The position numbers were made by a program, and so were the translations under genes. From an uncultured virus (IMG/VR IMGVR_UViG_2795385499_000003) (lineage: Duplodnaviria > Heunggongvirae > Uroviricota > Caudoviricetes): a DNA stretch of 64,000 bases. Position 1 is the stretch's first letter. Each line of letters opens with the position of its first letter. The notes beneath the pieces were generated by a model, which ran no database searches, had not been told where the DNA came from, and saw nothing but the letters and a program-made list of their open reading frames with translations. The stretch lies in the IMG/VR virus record IMGVR_UViG_2795385499_000003. The stretch is one strand, 5' to 3'. Shown here piece after piece: positions 54,443-63,875 of this stretch.

Positions 54443-55117
54443 ATGACACCATTGAAAGAGATTGGCGAATGCCTGGTAATTGACGGCGATGATGAATACT
54501 TTTTCCGTCCGTCCCTGATAGCCATGTCGAGTATTGGTGAGCCCGGCGAGATTGTTTCAACGTTCCATGCGCTACACAGCAACGAGGCAACGACATTACT
54601 GCGCCGAGCCTATGATGCTTATGGAGCCATTCCCCACTGGGTGACCGAGTACGCTAAGCGGCCTGAGTTCACCAAGCCAGCAATATATGCCGCTATGGAT
54701 GTGTTAACCGCCTGCTGTAATCGTGACGCTTCACCGCTGGTGGGTGTGCTGGTGCCGAGCAAAACCAAAAAGCGAACCTTCCTGCATCGTCGCGGAAAGA
54801 TGCCAGCCACAGACATGATTATCTTTGCGCAGTCCCTGATGATACACGGCATTATCGGCAAGGCTAAAGTGCGCCGGCTTCAGCGCCATGAGGACGGGCA
54901 GACCACCAGCGAATTCAACGCATTCGAGTACATCAGCGCCGCTCGTAATCACTTTGGTATGAGCAGAGATGAAGCGGAACAGCTTACCATGACCGAGTTC
55001 ACCATGCTGCTGGCGGCCAAGTATCCTGATCAGAAGGGCTTTACGCGGGAAGAGTACGAGCAGGTAGCTGATGATTATTTCGAGCGAAAGGCACGGAAGC
55101 TGGCCAAGGCTGCGTAA
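54443..55117 (+). CDS. DUF6246-like phage tail-region protein (putative tail assembly chaperone)
   Basis: TPLKEIGEC, YFFRPS..AM..IG.P.EIV, AARNHFG....EA..LTMTEF...L.AKYP motifs. Confidence 0.7.
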   Translation: MTPLKEIGECLVIDGDDEYFFRPSLIAMSSIGEPGEIVSTFHALHSNEATTLLRRAYDAYGAIPHWVTEYAKRPEFTKPAIYAAMDVLTACCNRDASPLVGVLVPSKTKKRTFLHRRGKMPATDMIIFAQSLMIHGIIGKAKVRRLQRHEDGQTTSEFNAFEYISAARNHFGMSRDEAEQLTMTEFTMLLAAKYPDQKGFTREEYEQVADDYFERKARKLAKAA

Positions 55118-55216
55118 GAAGTCAGTTGCTCTCGGGATGCCATGAAAAATACAAACGCAACAAGATGACCACTCCACCCAAAAGGTAGCGCCATCGGTGT
55201 TGATGGCGCATATATA

Positions 55217-55459
55217 TTACGCTGGCTTACCGTTGAAAGCCTTATTGCCAGCAATCGCAGCTTTGGCTTTAGCTTTTGGCAGAGGCTTACTAGCAATTAC
55301 AGGAACGCGATTAAGGATGAAGCGAACATCATCAGCATTCAGGGGAATCCCATTGTCTTGAAAAGTCCCGGCAATAGCGTTTGCCCCCATTCCTTCGCCA
55401 TCCATTTCAACAATACGATTAACATTGCCATGGAAAAAGATACTTTCTTTAACTTTCAT
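55217..55459 (-). CDS. Hypothetical protein
   Basis: Short ORF with GAGG SD, opposite strand. Confidence 0.45.
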   Translation of the reverse strand: MKVKESIFFHGNVNRIVEMDGEGMGANAIAGTFQDNGIPLNADDVRFILNRVPVIASKPLPKAKAKAAIAGNKAFNGKPA

Positions 55460-55757
55460 AGGTAGCACCTCGTTGAGAGTGTCATGGGAGTAAGAGCGCC
55501 TTACTCATACTAAATAAAAATGCGCTAAAGTGTACGAGTGTTTAAAATCCACACGATTAATTAATTTCTTTATAAGTGAATATCAATGAGTTACGAGGTT
55601 AATTACTAGTTTTTGGATAGTTAGTGCGCTGACACTGGTAGCCACATTCAGCATAAAGAGTGCCTGAACATTCACTGTAAACTGATGAGTACACAACCCT
55701 TGAACGATAGACGATCGAGATGGCACCATAGCAGATTACCATTCAGACTATGAGCTC

Positions 55758-55814
55758 TTGTGTTCGTAGTTATATGCTGTATATTTAAACAGTATTAACT
55801 GTTTAAACGATCAG
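55758..55814 (+). promoter_or_regulatory. Two tandem LexA boxes over a putative promoter
   Basis: CTG-TATATTTAAA-CAG (55777-55792) and CTG-TTTAAACGAT-CAG (55799-55814); TTGTGT-16-TATATT. Confidence 0.7.
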
Positions 55815-55876
55815 TAACCAAATCTCTGCAAAAGATATTACATTAGGATTTTTCATATTAAACCGGATGTCTATCT

Positions 55877-56920
55877 ATGCTATCGGAAAAGGCAGTTATT
55901 ACTTTTTATAATATCAATAAAGCTGGTTATTACGCACAAGGTAGTAAGCAACCAGCTTTTGGCGGTGTGTTGGAGACGCTGAGTGATTTGCAACGCTGGG
56001 CGAAGCCTAAAAAGTTAAAGCAGACAAAAACTTACGAGGCTAATGAAGAACGATATCCTTGCTATCTTGTGGATGCGAAAAAGAACGGTGATGACTGGGC
56101 TCTTCTGATGTGGAATGAAATTCCTTCTAATGGTCAACAGGTGCCTTCAATAAGTGAAACAGCTCAATTCGGAGCTGATCCTGAAGTTATTCTGAACCCT
56201 TTACAGCAGGGCAGCATTCCCGGCTACGCCACTTATTTCTGGTTGCTTCCAGACAAGAACCTTTTGGCAACGGTACGACTTCATAACAAACTAACTTCGC
56301 AGGCTTCCCTGCAGTATTACCTTCAGTGTTTTCTTAAACAGTCCTCTCAGCATGTTGTGTCTAAACCCTTCACGAATGAAGACGGAAGCGTTGAAGTCCA
56401 GATAACAGGATACAAAAGCGACCCTTCAGATCCTGATGAAGAGAAAAAGCACTACAACCCCAGATTTAGTTCCAGCTTGGTTAGGAATGGAGGAAAGCAT
56501 GAGGTCATACGACAGAATGCCGAGAAAATTAAGAAAATTGAGAGGGTTGTTGAGCTTGACTTAGCTAAACCAGAGCAGCTTGGCTTATGGCAAAAAATGC
56601 TTCAGGTTGTCCATTTAGATGCCCCTCAAGGTGCAGGGATCAGTACTAAAGTCAGATATACAGTAGCACCAGACATCACGCTCAAAGATGTCAACGCAAT
56701 GATTGACGACTGGGAAGCTGACCCAAGCGAGGTTAACGATTACGGCTTCTATTTCGAAGGTGAAACCAATAAGCCATACTGGTTAAGTAAATCGCTTGCC
56801 CGTATGGATTTTGAGCTAGAGCTTGAGCGAGAAAACGTAGAATTTGTACAGCTGGAATCTCTGCTGAACGATTTAGTGAAGAAGAAAAATACTATCTTAA
56901 AAGGTGCCGGATTGTTATGA
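55877..56920 (+). CDS. Soluble hypothetical protein (candidate defence component)
   Basis: 347 aa, AT-rich, ATGA-coupled to membrane protein. Confidence 0.8.
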   Translation: MLSEKAVITFYNINKAGYYAQGSKQPAFGGVLETLSDLQRWAKPKKLKQTKTYEANEERYPCYLVDAKKNGDDWALLMWNEIPSNGQQVPSISETAQFGADPEVILNPLQQGSIPGYATYFWLLPDKNLLATVRLHNKLTSQASLQYYLQCFLKQSSQHVVSKPFTNEDGSVEVQITGYKSDPSDPDEEKKHYNPRFSSSLVRNGGKHEVIRQNAEKIKKIERVVELDLAKPEQLGLWQKMLQVVHLDAPQGAGISTKVRYTVAPDITLKDVNAMIDDWEADPSEVNDYGFYFEGETNKPYWLSKSLARMDFELELERENVEFVQLESLLNDLVKKKNTILKGAGLL

Positions 56921-57423
56921 ATTTAAAAGCGGTCATAGGATTAACATGTATAGCAATTGTGCTTCTTGCGGGATACCTAGGAAGAAACGTTGCCTTTGTA
57001 CTCCAATGGCCGCTATTTGAAGCACTTAGGACGACAGCATCAATTATTTTTGCTGTGGTAGGCGCTTGGTTTGCAATCATCTACCCTGAAAGGTTAAAAA
57101 AATCTTTTCGGGGAGGTACAGCTGAAAATAGTGGACCAGGCATACATAGACTATTCACTCCGATTGTTCACTCAACTGCGATCCTAGCCACAGTTCTAGT
57201 TACAGGCGTTGTGGCACCTTTGCTCAAACAATTTGATTGGGTATTGTCGCACCGAGAAATATTCCGAGGGCTATCCTATGGACTGCTGGTTTTTTTGACT
57301 TTATGGCAGCTTTTAACGGTTTTGTTTAGCTTAATCGGTCCAGACATGGTTAAACGTCATGTCTCGAAACAAGATCGGGCAGATGAGGCTGCAAATTCCG
57401 TATTGCCGGCCAAGAAGGAATAA
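56917..57423 (+). CDS. Four-TM membrane protein (candidate defence effector)
   Basis: Four hydrophobic segments; coupled to 347-aa gene. Confidence 0.8.
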   Translation: MNLKAVIGLTCIAIVLLAGYLGRNVAFVLQWPLFEALRTTASIIFAVVGAWFAIIYPERLKKSFRGGTAENSGPGIHRLFTPIVHSTAILATVLVTGVVAPLLKQFDWVLSHREIFRGLSYGLLVFLTLWQLLTVLFSLIGPDMVKRHVSKQDRADEAANSVLPAKKE

Positions 57424-57472
57424 AAATTATTGGTTCGTAATTTTGAGGCAAAACCTGCTTTTTTTCTTCCAA

Positions 57473-57622
57473 GCGCTATAAATATCCTTATCCTATGCCT
57501 TACCTGTCTTAGTCTGTAAACCAGCCTCATTAAGCCGTTCAGCGATGATGCGATCATTGTCAAAGCCTTGTGCGATTGTCTCTTTCACCACACTGATCAC
57601 CGCCTGTTCATCGTATGGCAAA
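57473..57622 (-). pseudogene. Remnant paralog of 59217-59651 gene
   Basis: Ungapped diverged direct repeat of 59275-59424; Trp codon changed to TAG. Confidence 0.75.
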
Positions 57623-57648
57623 GTTGCGCTGACAGTGTGGCAGTAGTA

Positions 57649-58083
57649 CTAATTTTTTCCTTTAAAGAGATCGTATTCATCCCATGCTGCAAAGCCTATT
57701 GGTCTCTTGGGCTCCTCAGGATTTAAACGCTTTTTCTTTATCAACAAAACATTAATCTGGCTGACGTGCTGTACTAGTTCAACAGGGCTACCATCTTCAA
57801 GTTGGCCTATGAAAGAAATAAGAGAGGGGTTCCAGTAGCCGATATCTGTAAAGTGGAATTCAATACTTCTGCCAAAGCTAGCTAATTGGCCGCCTACCTC
57901 GTGCTCGTTATCGAGGTCACGGTGAAAGTCGTTTATCCAGCATATCAATCGACGGTGAAACTCATCTGCAAGATTGTGATTTTTAGGTGGGTGAATTACT
58001 GGGAGCCTGTTCATGTTGTCCATTATGGCTTGCATGTTTTCTAGGCCGGCGCTAGACAAGCCAAAAAGATTTTTATCAGTCAT
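57649..58083 (-). CDS. DUF6173-like protein
   Basis: ADEFHRRLI.WI.DF...LD..HEVG..L.SFG, IGYWNPSLI.F.G, VEL.QHVSQI. Confidence 0.72.
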   Translation of the reverse strand: MTDKNLFGLSSAGLENMQAIMDNMNRLPVIHPPKNHNLADEFHRRLICWINDFHRDLDNEHEVGGQLASFGRSIEFHFTDIGYWNPSLISFIGQLEDGSPVELVQHVSQINVLLIKKKRLNPEEPKRPIGFAAWDEYDLFKGKN

Positions 58084-58360
58084 CGCTCATCCTTATCAGA
58101 GTATAGAAGGGAACTCATTAATACAAAGAGATGTCCTGCCGCGAGCACCCTATTGATTTGAACGCCACGCTAGCGGCTATCGGGCTGGTTACAGTGAAAA
58201 GACCGCACCGATTATCGCATACAGAACCCCATAAAACCTAATTTACAGGAGCGGATTGCACAACCAAAAGCTGAATGTAATGATCGCTAGTAGATTGACG
58301 CCACCAGCAGCATTTAGCATAAAAAAGGCCTGACGTTTACTGTAAACAGGCGGGTTAGAA

Positions 58361-58579
58361 ATGATTGACCGACGTACTATTGAGATGACGCTGCTACAGA
58401 TTGCCCACCAGAATGGAGAGCCGTTGGACAGGCACACGCTTTACACAATCCGAAACGGAGTAGCACAGGCCCTACAGGCGAAAGAGCGCCACCGTCAAAG
58501 GATGGCAGCGTCAGAGTTCAAATGGCAGAAACCGGCTGGAAGAAGAAATATTAAGCGTCAGGGTGCAGATGATTATTGA
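58361..58579 (+). CDS. Hypothetical protein
   Basis: 72-aa ORF, helical. Confidence 0.55.
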   Translation: MIDRRTIEMTLLQIAHQNGEPLDRHTLYTIRNGVAQALQAKERHRQRMAASEFKWQKPAGRRNIKRQGADDY

Positions 58580-59174
58580 GCGTCTTAATTAGAAGGACAG
58601 CTGTGTTCCCCAAGGAACCAATATCTGAAATCTGGTGTGCTTGGAAGGTTGTTAACTTGCCGATATTCATGGTTAGGGAAACATCAATACCATCGAGAAC
58701 CAGCATAGACGTGGCATGGCTCTGTGAAGCTAAAGCTAGGGACAACTTCTCTATTTTGCTTGAATCCGCATCGCTAATGGTAACCGTTAAAGATTCAGGC
58801 TCAGAACCAATGCGCCTTACGTAGGTATATGAAAGGGCATTTCCTGTAATTGAATAGTATTCCTGTTGATTGAATGGCGCCGAGGTTAGATCAAGCCTAA
58901 GCCATTCATTCTGCTTTGATAATGGATAGTTCCTGCGGTTTTTCTCGGCTTCCTTTTTGTCTAATCTGTAAAAGTTATAGCCAGCCAGAGTTAAGGCACA
59001 AATAAGCGATATTCCCCCTCCGCTTCCTACGCCGCCATGGTGTGAGCAAGCTCCCTGTATACCAATTGAAGGTGACTGCCAGCCATCTGAACACCCACCA
59101 CCCAATAAAGCTTTCATTCCAAAAAACACAGTAACAAACACAATACCTGGAACTAGCCAAAAGCGTTTTTTCAT
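58551..59174 (-). CDS. Membrane protein with DUF3761-like motif
   Basis: Two TM segments flanking C.DG..S......GACSHHGGV. Confidence 0.68.
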   Translation of the reverse strand: MKKRFWLVPGIVFVTVFFGMKALLGGGCSDGWQSPSIGIQGACSHHGGVGSGGGISLICALTLAGYNFYRLDKKEAEKNRRNYPLSKQNEWLRLDLTSAPFNQQEYYSITGNALSYTYVRRIGSEPESLTVTISDADSSKIEKLSLALASQSHATSMLVLDGIDVSLTMNIGKLTTFQAHQISDIGSLGNTAVLLIKTLNNHLHPDA

Positions 59175-59216
59175 TTTTCATCCATGCAACATCAATAAGC
59201 CTACCCGTTCAGGTTA

Positions 59217-59651
59217 CTAATTTCTGAGCATGGCCGCATCGACTTTAGCTTTATGGTCTGCCTGACGTTTCCATGCGCTATATATATCTTTAGTCCACGC
59301 CTTACCAGCTTTCGTCTGATAGCCTGCATCGTTAAGTCGTTCTGCGATGATGCGACCATTGTCAAAGCCCTGATTGATAGTCTCTGCAATGATGCGGATC
59401 ACCTCCTGTTCATCGTATGGCAAACCCGGCACACCCTGCTTACCGATGATAAGAGCAGCCGCGGCCACTTCCATACGTTCCACCAGCGACATTAAGCGAG
59501 CGTTAGGATTAGTCTCTGGCAGGCTCATCTTCTGCCGAATAGCATCGACCAGCCATGCTGTTTTATCACCACCAGCAGCGCTAACAGCATCAGTAAAAGC
59601 TTCGCTTAGTTCGGCTGGTACACGGAAAGTAACGGAAAGGGATTTGCTCAT
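59217..59651 (-). CDS. DNA-binding protein (RHH-like N-terminus, recombinase-like HTH C-terminus)
   Basis: VTFRVP.EL; IAERLN..GY.TK.GK.W; next to iteron cluster 2. Confidence 0.7.
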   Translation of the reverse strand: MSKSLSVTFRVPAELSEAFTDAVSAAGGDKTAWLVDAIRQKMSLPETNPNARLMSLVERMEVAAAALIIGKQGVPGLPYDEQEVIRIIAETINQGFDNGRIIAERLNDAGYQTKAGKAWTKDIYSAWKRQADHKAKVDAAMLRN

Positions 59652-59718
59652 AGGTCACCAGCATCAGGGGAGAAGTGAGCATTTTAGCATCGTAAGACAG
59701 TGTAAGACATGAAAAATT

Positions 59719-59838
59719 GTTGGTTCATACTGTCCCGTTGTTGGTTCAATTGGGGGCTGTGTTGGTTCACTTTTTCCAAAATAAACCTTACAAAACAAGA
59801 ATCTTTACAAATTGAACCAACTGAACCAACTGAACTAC
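59719..59838. repeat. Iteron cluster 2 (mirror image of cluster 1)
   Basis: GTTGGTTCA at 59719, 59740, 59761; 43-bp spacer; abutting TGAACCAAC x2 plus TGAACTAC. Confidence 0.8.
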
Positions 59839-60038
59839 ATGTTTTTGCATATATATAACGCAAGCGCGGCCTAAGGCTCATCATGCGCTTTCCTATTTGA
59901 TGATCCAGATCTTTCAGTATCTATAAGACATATCAAAACATCTGGATCAGCTATCTAGGTCAGCGTCAAAGTAGAAGTGTGACGCAGTCATTAATCGCTG
60001 TTTAAAAAATGGGCTGACTTTGAGGTCATAAAAACATT

Positions 60039-60058
60039 TGGGGGTACTTTTGGGGGTA
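60039..60058 (+). repeat. Integrase arm-type site (right)
   Basis: TGGGGGTACTTTTGGGGGTA. Confidence 0.8.
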
Positions 60059-60114
60059 TGTGGAATTATATAATGCATAAAAAACATTATATAACATATA
60101 CATATGTTTTATTA

Positions 60115-60134
60115 TTCAATCCTGCAGGGCGCCA
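60115..60134 (+). other. Degenerate attR (tRNA 3'-end copy)
   Basis: TTCAATCCTGCAGGGCGCCA versus tRNA TTCGATTCCTGCAGGGGACACCA. Confidence 0.65.
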
Positions 60135-60313
60135 TATGTTAGCCCACCTAAGTATTTTAAAGTCCAGTCAACTCTTCAACTTCAAATACTTACCTTCCTT
60201 TTGTAGCCCGTTAACGTACACCGTCATATTTCAAAACCCACGCTGTTTTGTTGGTACCTGTGTTGGTATTTTAAGTTCGAAAATGCAGATACCATCAGAA
60301 GATGGGTTTTAGT

Positions 60314-60875
60314 ATGGCGCTCACTGAGTTAACAATAAGAAATACAAAGCCTTCTGATAAACCTGTCAAATTGACAGACGGTAATGGTATGCATCATTCC
60401 CGGAAAGCGACAACCTATGAAGGGGGTAAAATATTCTGCAAGAGGGGCAAAGATGAAAACCCCACATCTGGCTCCACTAAGCACTCAAGCTAAAGCGCTC
60501 CTGGAAGAGCTTCACTCGATCAGTAGTGATAAAGAACTTATGTTCAATAGTTTTACCAGGGACGACAAACTTGTCAGTGCAAACACCCTCAACAAAGCAC
60601 TCAGGACGATGGGCTACGATACGAAAGCAGAAGCCTGCGGGCATGGTGTCAGGACTATAGCGTGTGCCTTAATCGAATCGGGGTTATGGTCGAGAGATGC
60701 TGTGGAAAGACAAATCAGCCACCAGGAACGCAACAGTGTCCGAGCTGCATACATACATCAAGCGGAGCATTTGGAAGAACGGAGACTTATGTTGCAATGG
60801 TGGGCTGACTACCTCGAAGCATGTAAAAAAGGGGCACTAACACCTTTCTCCTTTTCAAAAGGTTCAGGATTTTGA
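60314..60875 (+). pseudogene. Internally deleted P4-like integrase of an older island
   Basis: MALTELTIRNTKP..KP.KLTDG.GM joined out of frame to HGVR...ERQISH..R..VRAAY; arm-like TGTTGGTA repeats at 60249-60269. Confidence 0.88.
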
Positions 60876-61130
60876 GACGGATAATTATCCTGTAAACAGG
60901 AACTTCTTGAGATTTACATTCTAAATAAATTTCTTATCTATTGATTCACTTTGTCCAAAAGCAAAGCGCAATTGATAAAGAATAGTTGCTTACTTGTTAA
61001 GGCACTCTACTTTGATGGGAAAAACGCCATAACCTTTTCGAATAACTGAACGTTAAGGAAAATATTAATTTCAGGATTGCGGTAAAATTGTATGATAGTT
61101 ACTTATTTAACTGAAAGGGATTGATTTGGA

Positions 61131-61934
61131 ATGAAAGGAATCGATAAAAGACTAATCATCTTCACCACAAAAAAAAGATTCAATGACAGAAATGCCGATG
61201 ACATGCAAAGTGGCGACATGGATGTTGATACACTGAAAAAGCATTATCATCTTGGACAAGTATCAACTTTCATAGACTGGAATACTTTTGGTCCCTCTTA
61301 TCAGCATCCCGCTACTAACTCCATCCGGCCAGTTAGTAGAGAAAGAGCCATAGGGATGTTATACGATGAACTGAGATCTCAGGGCTATGTCTTTTCTTTC
61401 CGAGGACCATACCAGGGCTTGATCATAGATCTTTTCAATCATATGCAGCGCAGTAATGGAAAAGATTATCAGCATCCGACTATGAACAATGCCTACAGAA
61501 ATCTCATTTTGAGTGACAACTCTGCCGATAGCACATTATCCATAATTAAAAACACTATCGAGCAATTTGATTTCAACAAGTCCGAATTGACGAAAGAACA
61601 TTCTTCAGCTGTGTTATCTAAAAGCCATTTACCTAAATACACAAGATGGAAAGATTTCATCAATGGTATGGGGATTACCGTCCATGACATAAACAGCACA
61701 GAAATTTCTATCGAAAGCTTGACCTTCCAGGGAAATAAATATACTGCGGTTGTCAAATACAGAGCACAAGACCATTTTGGCTTAGATAAAGAAGATATAT
61801 TAAAGGCTAAATTCAACTCTATTACTTTCTTTAGAATATGGTTCGTTTTACAGAGGGCTAAGCATTTGACTCAAAAGCCATTTTTCACAAATTTCGAAGC
61901 CACTATAACATTGACAGGAGAAAACAATGTTTAA
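61131..61934 (+). CDS. DUF3289 (YPO3983-like) family protein
   Basis: ADDM..GD, NGMGITVHD, QDHFGLD, FRIWFVLQR. Confidence 0.8.
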   Translation: MKGIDKRLIIFTTKKRFNDRNADDMQSGDMDVDTLKKHYHLGQVSTFIDWNTFGPSYQHPATNSIRPVSRERAIGMLYDELRSQGYVFSFRGPYQGLIIDLFNHMQRSNGKDYQHPTMNNAYRNLILSDNSADSTLSIIKNTIEQFDFNKSELTKEHSSAVLSKSHLPKYTRWKDFINGMGITVHDINSTEISIESLTFQGNKYTAVVKYRAQDHFGLDKEDILKAKFNSITFFRIWFVLQRAKHLTQKPFFTNFEATITLTGENNV

Positions 61935-62379
61935 CTATAAAAGGATTGGAGTAATTTTAGTTTCTTTAATAATAGCATACTGCATATGGATTATTATAAG
62001 ACCAGCTAAAATAGTCAGAATTGATAATGGTGCGGTTTTTGTAGAACATTTACCGATGACTACAGAAGGGAAACTAAACTGGTGGTTGAAAAACAGAGAG
62101 TTACTTGAGAATAAATATCACATCTTCAATACCCCTAATAACTTCACAGTTACCGTCATGAATTTCGGTGGTTATGAAAAATTACCAACCGGAACCAGAG
62201 ATGGTTCAATTGATGACTATACTTGCTTTAATGATACTAATGGCGAGCATAAGAAATGTGTTTATAACAGCATAGCGTTAGTCGTTAGGGGTAGCCTAAA
62301 TGGTAAAGTTTTTATAACAATAGACGGTAAAACTTATCTTCAAACCGGTAATGATAAAGCTATAATTTATAAAAAGTAA
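61927..62379 (+). CDS. DUF943-family membrane-anchored protein
   Basis: N-terminal TM, P.T..GK..WW..N, CF.D.....C. Confidence 0.75.
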   Translation: MFNYKRIGVILVSLIIAYCIWIIIRPAKIVRIDNGAVFVEHLPMTTEGKLNWWLKNRELLENKYHIFNTPNNFTVTVMNFGGYEKLPTGTRDGSIDDYTCFNDTNGEHKKCVYNSIALVVRGSLNGKVFITIDGKTYLQTGNDKAIIYKK

Positions 62380-62400
62380 GCCATGTAATCCAAGGCACAA

Positions 62401-62640
62401 TTGAAAATAAAAAATACTTTTAGCATTAATGCTTTTTACTCCTTTATCATTTGCCGATTCTAATGTTAAAGGTGCGGAAACAGCCGCGCTGAATTTCAAC
62501 AAAGGGTATGTTGATTAGCTTATGCAGGATAAATCTCATCTGACTGATTACTCATCCATTTCAAAATATGTAACAAGTGACACGATCAGTACTTTGAAGA
62601 AGCTATACTGCGGGGATAGCAATGATGTAGAACGCCAGCG
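62401..62640 (+). pseudogene. Truncated exported protein (DUF3828/YbjP-like) with internal TAG
   Basis: Signal peptide, A...A..FN..Y, KYV...T...LK; stop at 62515. Confidence 0.45.
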
Positions 62641-63023
62641 CCACCAGCACAGGATATGACGTATGGCGGTCAGGTGCAGTTACAGGCAGCGGCCAGCAAT
62701 CCGATTGCCTCCATGACCAGCAACGCTATCAGCAATTCATCCCGGCAGGTTTCACAGCGTACCGGCGTGCGGATCGACAATATCGAGATCCAGACGCAGG
62801 CCACTGATGCGAAAGTTATAGCGCAGGAGATTCCCGGAAATCTTAAAGATGCCACATGGTATTTTAATGTTGGCCTGAGAGCGTAAAGCGACCACTATCC
62901 CCCTGCCTGGAATCTGCAAAAAAATTACGGGCAGAGGCTGTACAATGTTTACACTCTGACCTTTCACCGCGTATTATTCCCTGTGAGGAACTCCACGGAC
63001 GATAACACAAGGAATGTGTCACG

Positions 63024-63875
63024 ATGACCGGGCTACAGTTTCCCTGCACCCTATTTAAAACCCAGAAGTGGATGGACGACTACAGCGCCAGTGATATGCG
63101 CTGCGGCGATCTGACCGAGGCACAGTTAAAATCATATTACCGCCTGGATTACATTTCTGACCGGGTTGACCCTTATACACTGACCCGGCGTTCTCCAATG
63201 GATCGTCCTCAGTCCATGTTCTGCTGTAATCTGCGTCCAGCAGGTGAGAAAATTACCCGCCAGCAGTGTGCCGCTATCCTGTTTGATGAGTTTCGTCAGC
63301 TATCCCGCCTGTTTTCGGTATATGGGCCATACCGCCATCTGAACGAAAAGATGATCACTCACATGCAGAACGGCAATAGTACGCCCTTCCGGGATATGGC
63401 ACTGGACAGGGCATTGAAAGAGCATATTCTTAATGACAGGACAAAAAATAGCACACGTTTGTTATTGAAAGAAGCATTTAATACCTATATCGATTGGGAA
63501 CGTAAATTCTTTCCAGCAGAGGAGAAAGACAGGCTAAGAAAAGTCATTCTGGATGGCAGATTACCCAAATTTGACAGGTTCCAGGATAATTTCAACGGCA
63601 TGGGTATTACCGTTCATGATACCTGGGCAACGCATATCACTATAAATTCACTGCACATTGAAAATGATTGATACCGGGCAGTGGTGCATTACAAGGTGCA
63701 GGATCACTTCGGCCTCGACAGCGATGATATACTGAAAACAAAATTCAGCCAGTTTCATTTCTTCCGCATCTGGTTTGTACTCCAGCGATACAATCAGTTC
63801 GGTTTTAAACCTTTTATGACCAATATGGAAGCAACCGTAGAAATCACAGGGGGGCGAAATGACAGTAATAAATAA
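63024..63875 (+). pseudogene. Second DUF3289 paralog with in-frame TGA at 63669
   Basis: ORFs 63024-63671 and 63681-63875 are in the same frame and jointly match 61131 protein. Confidence 0.82.

Larger units (their letters stand above)
38773..60134 (+). mobile_element. ~21 kb P4/PICI-like phage satellite integrated at tRNA-Arg 3' end
   Basis: int-alpA-antirepressor-ash/icd-primase order; degenerate tRNA 3' copy at 60115-60134; matching arm repeats at both ends. Confidence 0.88.

Noticed and set aside
38773..60134. Canonical P4 or capsid-forming PICI
   Set aside because: No recognisable psu, sid, delta, capsid, portal, protease or terL
62656..62886. 76-aa ORF as an intact gene
   Set aside because: Looks like an orphan C-terminal fragment of a phage protein abutting a truncated gene; no clear RBS
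63669..63671. Selenocysteine or programmed readthrough at in-frame TGA (also 48208)
   Set aside because: No evident SECIS, and the paralog has Lys at this position; point nonsense mutation is simpler
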